NCBI GenBank assembly: GCA_046160525.1 | Contig: JBJXGQ010000084.1 | Span: forward strand, 1-61,212 | Length of the DNA: 61,212 bases | From: Burkholderiales bacterium | GTDB lineage: Bacteria > Pseudomonadota > Gammaproteobacteria > Burkholderiales > SHXO01 | Direction of reading: 5' to 3' | Shown here: positions 58,799-61,212 of the stretch, one piece after another | How positions within the stretch are numbered: the stretch's first letter is position 1 | Layout: every line of letters begins with the position of its first letter | Notes under the pieces: model-generated | The model's database searches: none | Told to the model about the DNA's origin: nothing | What the model saw: the letters and a program-made list of their open reading frames with translations, nothing else | Program-made: the position numbers and the translations under genes

Positions 58799-60130
58799 AT
58801 GAGGAAACCCCTCCTTGCCCTTGCCCTTTTTTCCGTCCTACCCCAGGCCTGGGGCGATGATTTACTGAAGATCTACCGCGAGGCCGTCACAGCCGATGCC
58901 ACCCATGCGGGCGTGCGCGCCCAAGTTGAAGCGGCGAGGGAAAGAGTGGTTCAAGGCCGCTCTGGGCTGTTGCCCCAAGTGAATTTGAGCGGGAACAGCA
59001 AATGGAACGACGTCGATGTGAAGTCGGACGACACTAGCCGGATACCCAACAACAGCCAGAGCTTCACTTCGTGGCAAGCGGGTATCAATGCCACCCAACC
59101 ACTTTACCGGCCGCAGAACAGCGCGACCTATACCCAGAGCAAAGTGGGCATGACGCAAGCCGAGGCACAGCTTGCACTGTCCGGGCAAAAGCTCATGGTA
59201 CGCGTGTCGGAGGCCTACTTTGCCGTGCTGCTTGCGAAAGATACGGTGGAATACCTGCGATCTCAGGAAGCCGCCATCTCCGAGCAACTCGCACAAGCCA
59301 AGCGTAACTTCGAGGTGGGGACAGCCACCATCACGGATACCTACGATGCACAGGCGCGGGCCGACCTCGTACGCGCACAACAAGTGAGCGCCAAGAACGA
59401 CTTCGAGGTCAAGATGCGCGCGCTCCAGCAGATCATCGGCCGCTTACCCGCGAAGCTCTCGGTTCTGGTGGATCCCATCAGCTTGAGCCTGCCCGAGCCC
59501 AATGATATCGACCGGTGGGTGGAACAAGCCTACAAGAGCAGCTGGGAAATTTCCGTTCAGAAGGCGGAATTGGACCGAATCGAAGCCGAGCTCACCAAGG
59601 CTCGCGGCGGAAGGAAACCCACGCTGGATGCCGTCAGCGGATTTAGTTACGACTCCACCAAAAATATCAGCTTTGGTGTTGGAACGGATACGCAGAATTT
59701 TTTCGTTGGCATCGAGGCAGCCTATCCTCTGTACAGCGGAGGAAACCTGAGCGCCAGGGTACGTGAGGCTATCGCCAATCGCAGCAAGACGGCGCAAGAC
59801 TACGAATTCACCCGCCGCCAAGTCGCGCAAAGTACAAGGGAAGCCTTTCTGGGTGTCGTATCGGGATTAGCAGAGATCAAGGCCCTGGACCAAGCGCTCG
59901 CCTCCAATAAACTTTCGCTCGACGCCACCAAGCTCGGGCAGGAAGTCGGTGTTCGCACTCAGGTAGATGTGCTCAATGCACAGGAGAGGCTTTTCAGTGC
60001 GCGCAGGGATCTTCAGCGCGCGCGCTATTCGGCCATCGTCAACCAGCTCAAGTTGAAACAAGCGGTGGGTAAACTTACCGAGCGCGATATCGAGGTGCTG
60101 AACACACTCTTGCGCGAGGCCAAATCTTAG
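58799..60130 (+). CDS. tolC: TolC-family outer membrane channel
   Basis: About 443 aa from the ATG at 58799 (SD GGAGA). Signal peptide MRKPLLALALFSVLPQAWG, then LLKIYREAV, and a two-repeat OEP architecture. Confidence 0.9.
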   Translation: MRKPLLALALFSVLPQAWGDDLLKIYREAVTADATHAGVRAQVEAARERVVQGRSGLLPQVNLSGNSKWNDVDVKSDDTSRIPNNSQSFTSWQAGINATQPLYRPQNSATYTQSKVGMTQAEAQLALSGQKLMVRVSEAYFAVLLAKDTVEYLRSQEAAISEQLAQAKRNFEVGTATITDTYDAQARADLVRAQQVSAKNDFEVKMRALQQIIGRLPAKLSVLVDPISLSLPEPNDIDRWVEQAYKSSWEISVQKAELDRIEAELTKARGGRKPTLDAVSGFSYDSTKNISFGVGTDTQNFFVGIEAAYPLYSGGNLSARVREAIANRSKTAQDYEFTRRQVAQSTREAFLGVVSGLAEIKALDQALASNKLSLDATKLGQEVGVRTQVDVLNAQERLFSARRDLQRARYSAIVNQLKLKQAVGKLTERDIEVLNTLLREAKS

Positions 60131-60742
60131 TTGGTCCCGGCGGCGGCTGAGGATGCCCTCGCGCAACGCAAGCGTGCCGTGCGCCGTAAGGTCATTGCGG
60201 CGCGCGATGCGCTGCCCGAGTCCTCTCGCCAGCTGGACTCCGAACTCATTCATGAGCACCTCCTTGCCTGCGAGGAAACCGGCCAGGCCCAAGCCGTACT
60301 CGCCTACGTTTCCATGGGTAGTGAAGTGCGGACCGGCACCTTTCTTCGATACATTTTGCAGCAGGGCAAACGCCTGGCACTTCCGCGAGTGAACCGGGCA
60401 AAACGCTGCCTGGACCTTTTTTGGGTGAGGGACCTTCTCCTGGATTTGGAGCCCGGCACGTGGGGAATTCTCGAACCTCAACCCAAGCGCTGTGAGGCAG
60501 TGACGGATACGCGCTTGATCGATGTCGTCTTGGTCCCTGGGGTGGCATTCACCCCAGCCTGCGAACGCATGGGATATGGCGGCGGCTTTTATGACAAGTT
60601 GCTGGGCGGCTGGCAGGGTGAGCGACAGATAATTGCGGGCGCCTTCGACTTGCAAATAGTGGAAGACATCCCCACCGGTCCCATGGATGTGGGAGTCGAT
60701 CGAATCGTTACGCCTACGCGCAGGTTCTTGCGCCAATCATAG
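60131..60742 (+). CDS. 5-formyltetrahydrofolate cyclo-ligase
   Basis: 203 aa. The TTG start directly abuts the tolC stop. Conserved MGYGGGFYDK motif. Confidence 0.85.
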   Translation: MVPAAAEDALAQRKRAVRRKVIAARDALPESSRQLDSELIHEHLLACEETGQAQAVLAYVSMGSEVRTGTFLRYILQQGKRLALPRVNRAKRCLDLFWVRDLLLDLEPGTWGILEPQPKRCEAVTDTRLIDVVLVPGVAFTPACERMGYGGGFYDKLLGGWQGERQIIAGAFDLQIVEDIPTGPMDVGVDRIVTPTRRFLRQS

Positions 60743-61212
60743 TCCCAGCACCGCCATGACACGTTGCGTCGCGCCTTCATGAGTCTTCATGAGTGCTTGC
60801 CCTGCCTCGCCCATGGAGCGTAGCCGGCCAGGTTCTTTCAGCAGAGTCATGGCCAGGTCAAGGGCGGCGCTGGCGGAATCTACTTGCGTGGCCGCCCGGG
60901 CTTCCAAGGCAGCTCGCGTGGCATCCGCGAAGTTGAACATATGTGGCCCAACAATGGCGGGTTTACCCACCGCGCAAGCTTCCAGCAAATTCTGGCCGCC
61001 CAATTCGAGAAACCCGCCGCCAATCACCGCAACGTCGCAGGCGGCGTAGTAGGCGAACATTTCCCCCATGCTGTCGCCTAACCAGACCTGCGTCTGCGCA
61101 TGCACGGTTTCGTTGTGACTGCGGCGTTGGAGGCGTAGTCCGTGGTTCTCGATCAATTTCTCGACTTCGTCAAAGCGCTGAGGGTGGCGCGGCACCAGAA
61201 CCATTAACACGT
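60737..61212 (-). CDS. waaA: 3-deoxy-D-manno-octulosonic acid transferase, C-terminal part (gene runs off the window)
   Basis: LVPRHPQRF, GDSMGEM and GGSF-like (GGGFLELGGQN) motifs of WaaA/KdtA. The reading frame is open to the window edge. Confidence 0.85.
   Translation of the reverse strand, partial: VLMVLVPRHPQRFDEVEKLIENHGLRLQRRSHNETVHAQTQVWLGDSMGEMFAYYAACDVAVIGGGFLELGGQNLLEACAVGKPAIVGPHMFNFADATRAALEARAATQVDSASAALDLAMTLLKEPGRLRSMGEAGQALMKTHEGATQRVMAVLGL

Noticed and set aside
60100-60140. Looked for a 6S RNA (ssrS), which often precedes the 5-formyl-THF cyclo-ligase gene.
   Set aside because: The cyclo-ligase TTG start abuts the tolC stop codon directly, so there is no room for an RNA gene here.

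Overview
This window is the replication-origin region of a high-GC (roughly 60%) proteobacterial chromosome with beta/gamma-type synteny. It is almost entirely core genes. From left to right: atpIBEFHAGDC, parAB, rsmG, mnmG, mnmE, yidC, yidD, rnpA and rpmH, all on the minus strand. The strand then switches at dnaA-dnaN-gyrB (no recF). Next come a type IA topoisomerase, dprA, a LysM protein, def-fmt-rsmB, DUF4390-ntrY-ntrX, tkt and glk. A less ordinary plus-strand block covers 35-47 kb: an OafA-like acyltransferase, a small secreted protein, a Zn-ribbon SAM methyltransferase, a 2OG-Fe(II) oxygenase-like protein, LivHMGF-type ABC components without a binding protein, an M20 deacylase, a fused MdcD/MdcE-like carboxyltransferase and a MatB-like malonyl-CoA synthetase. 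After that come a SleB-family hydrolase, a translationally coupled pair of unknown function (polytopic membrane protein plus VWA lipoprotein), glnA-DUF4124-ntrB-ntrC, a rhodanese, uppP, thiC, pcm, tolC, a 5-formyl-THF cyclo-ligase and the 3' part of waaA. By eye I found no tRNA, rRNA, CRISPR array, transposase, integrase or recognisable defence system. The best candidates for undescribed biology are the binding-protein-less ABC / deacylase / carboxyltransferase / malonyl-CoA ligase operon and the membrane-protein/VWA-lipoprotein pair; both remain hypotheses. Smaller observations: a perfect parS site; DnaA-box clusters on both sides of dnaA; conserved N-termini of rnpA and dprA that lie upstream of any canonical start codon (ATT and CTG candidates); a roughly 9 kb low-GC trough covering the origin-proximal genes; and a 7-nt tandem repeat between atpD and atpC. 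All family assignments come from reading motifs in the translations. All regulatory-site coordinates were hand-counted, and no searches were run.
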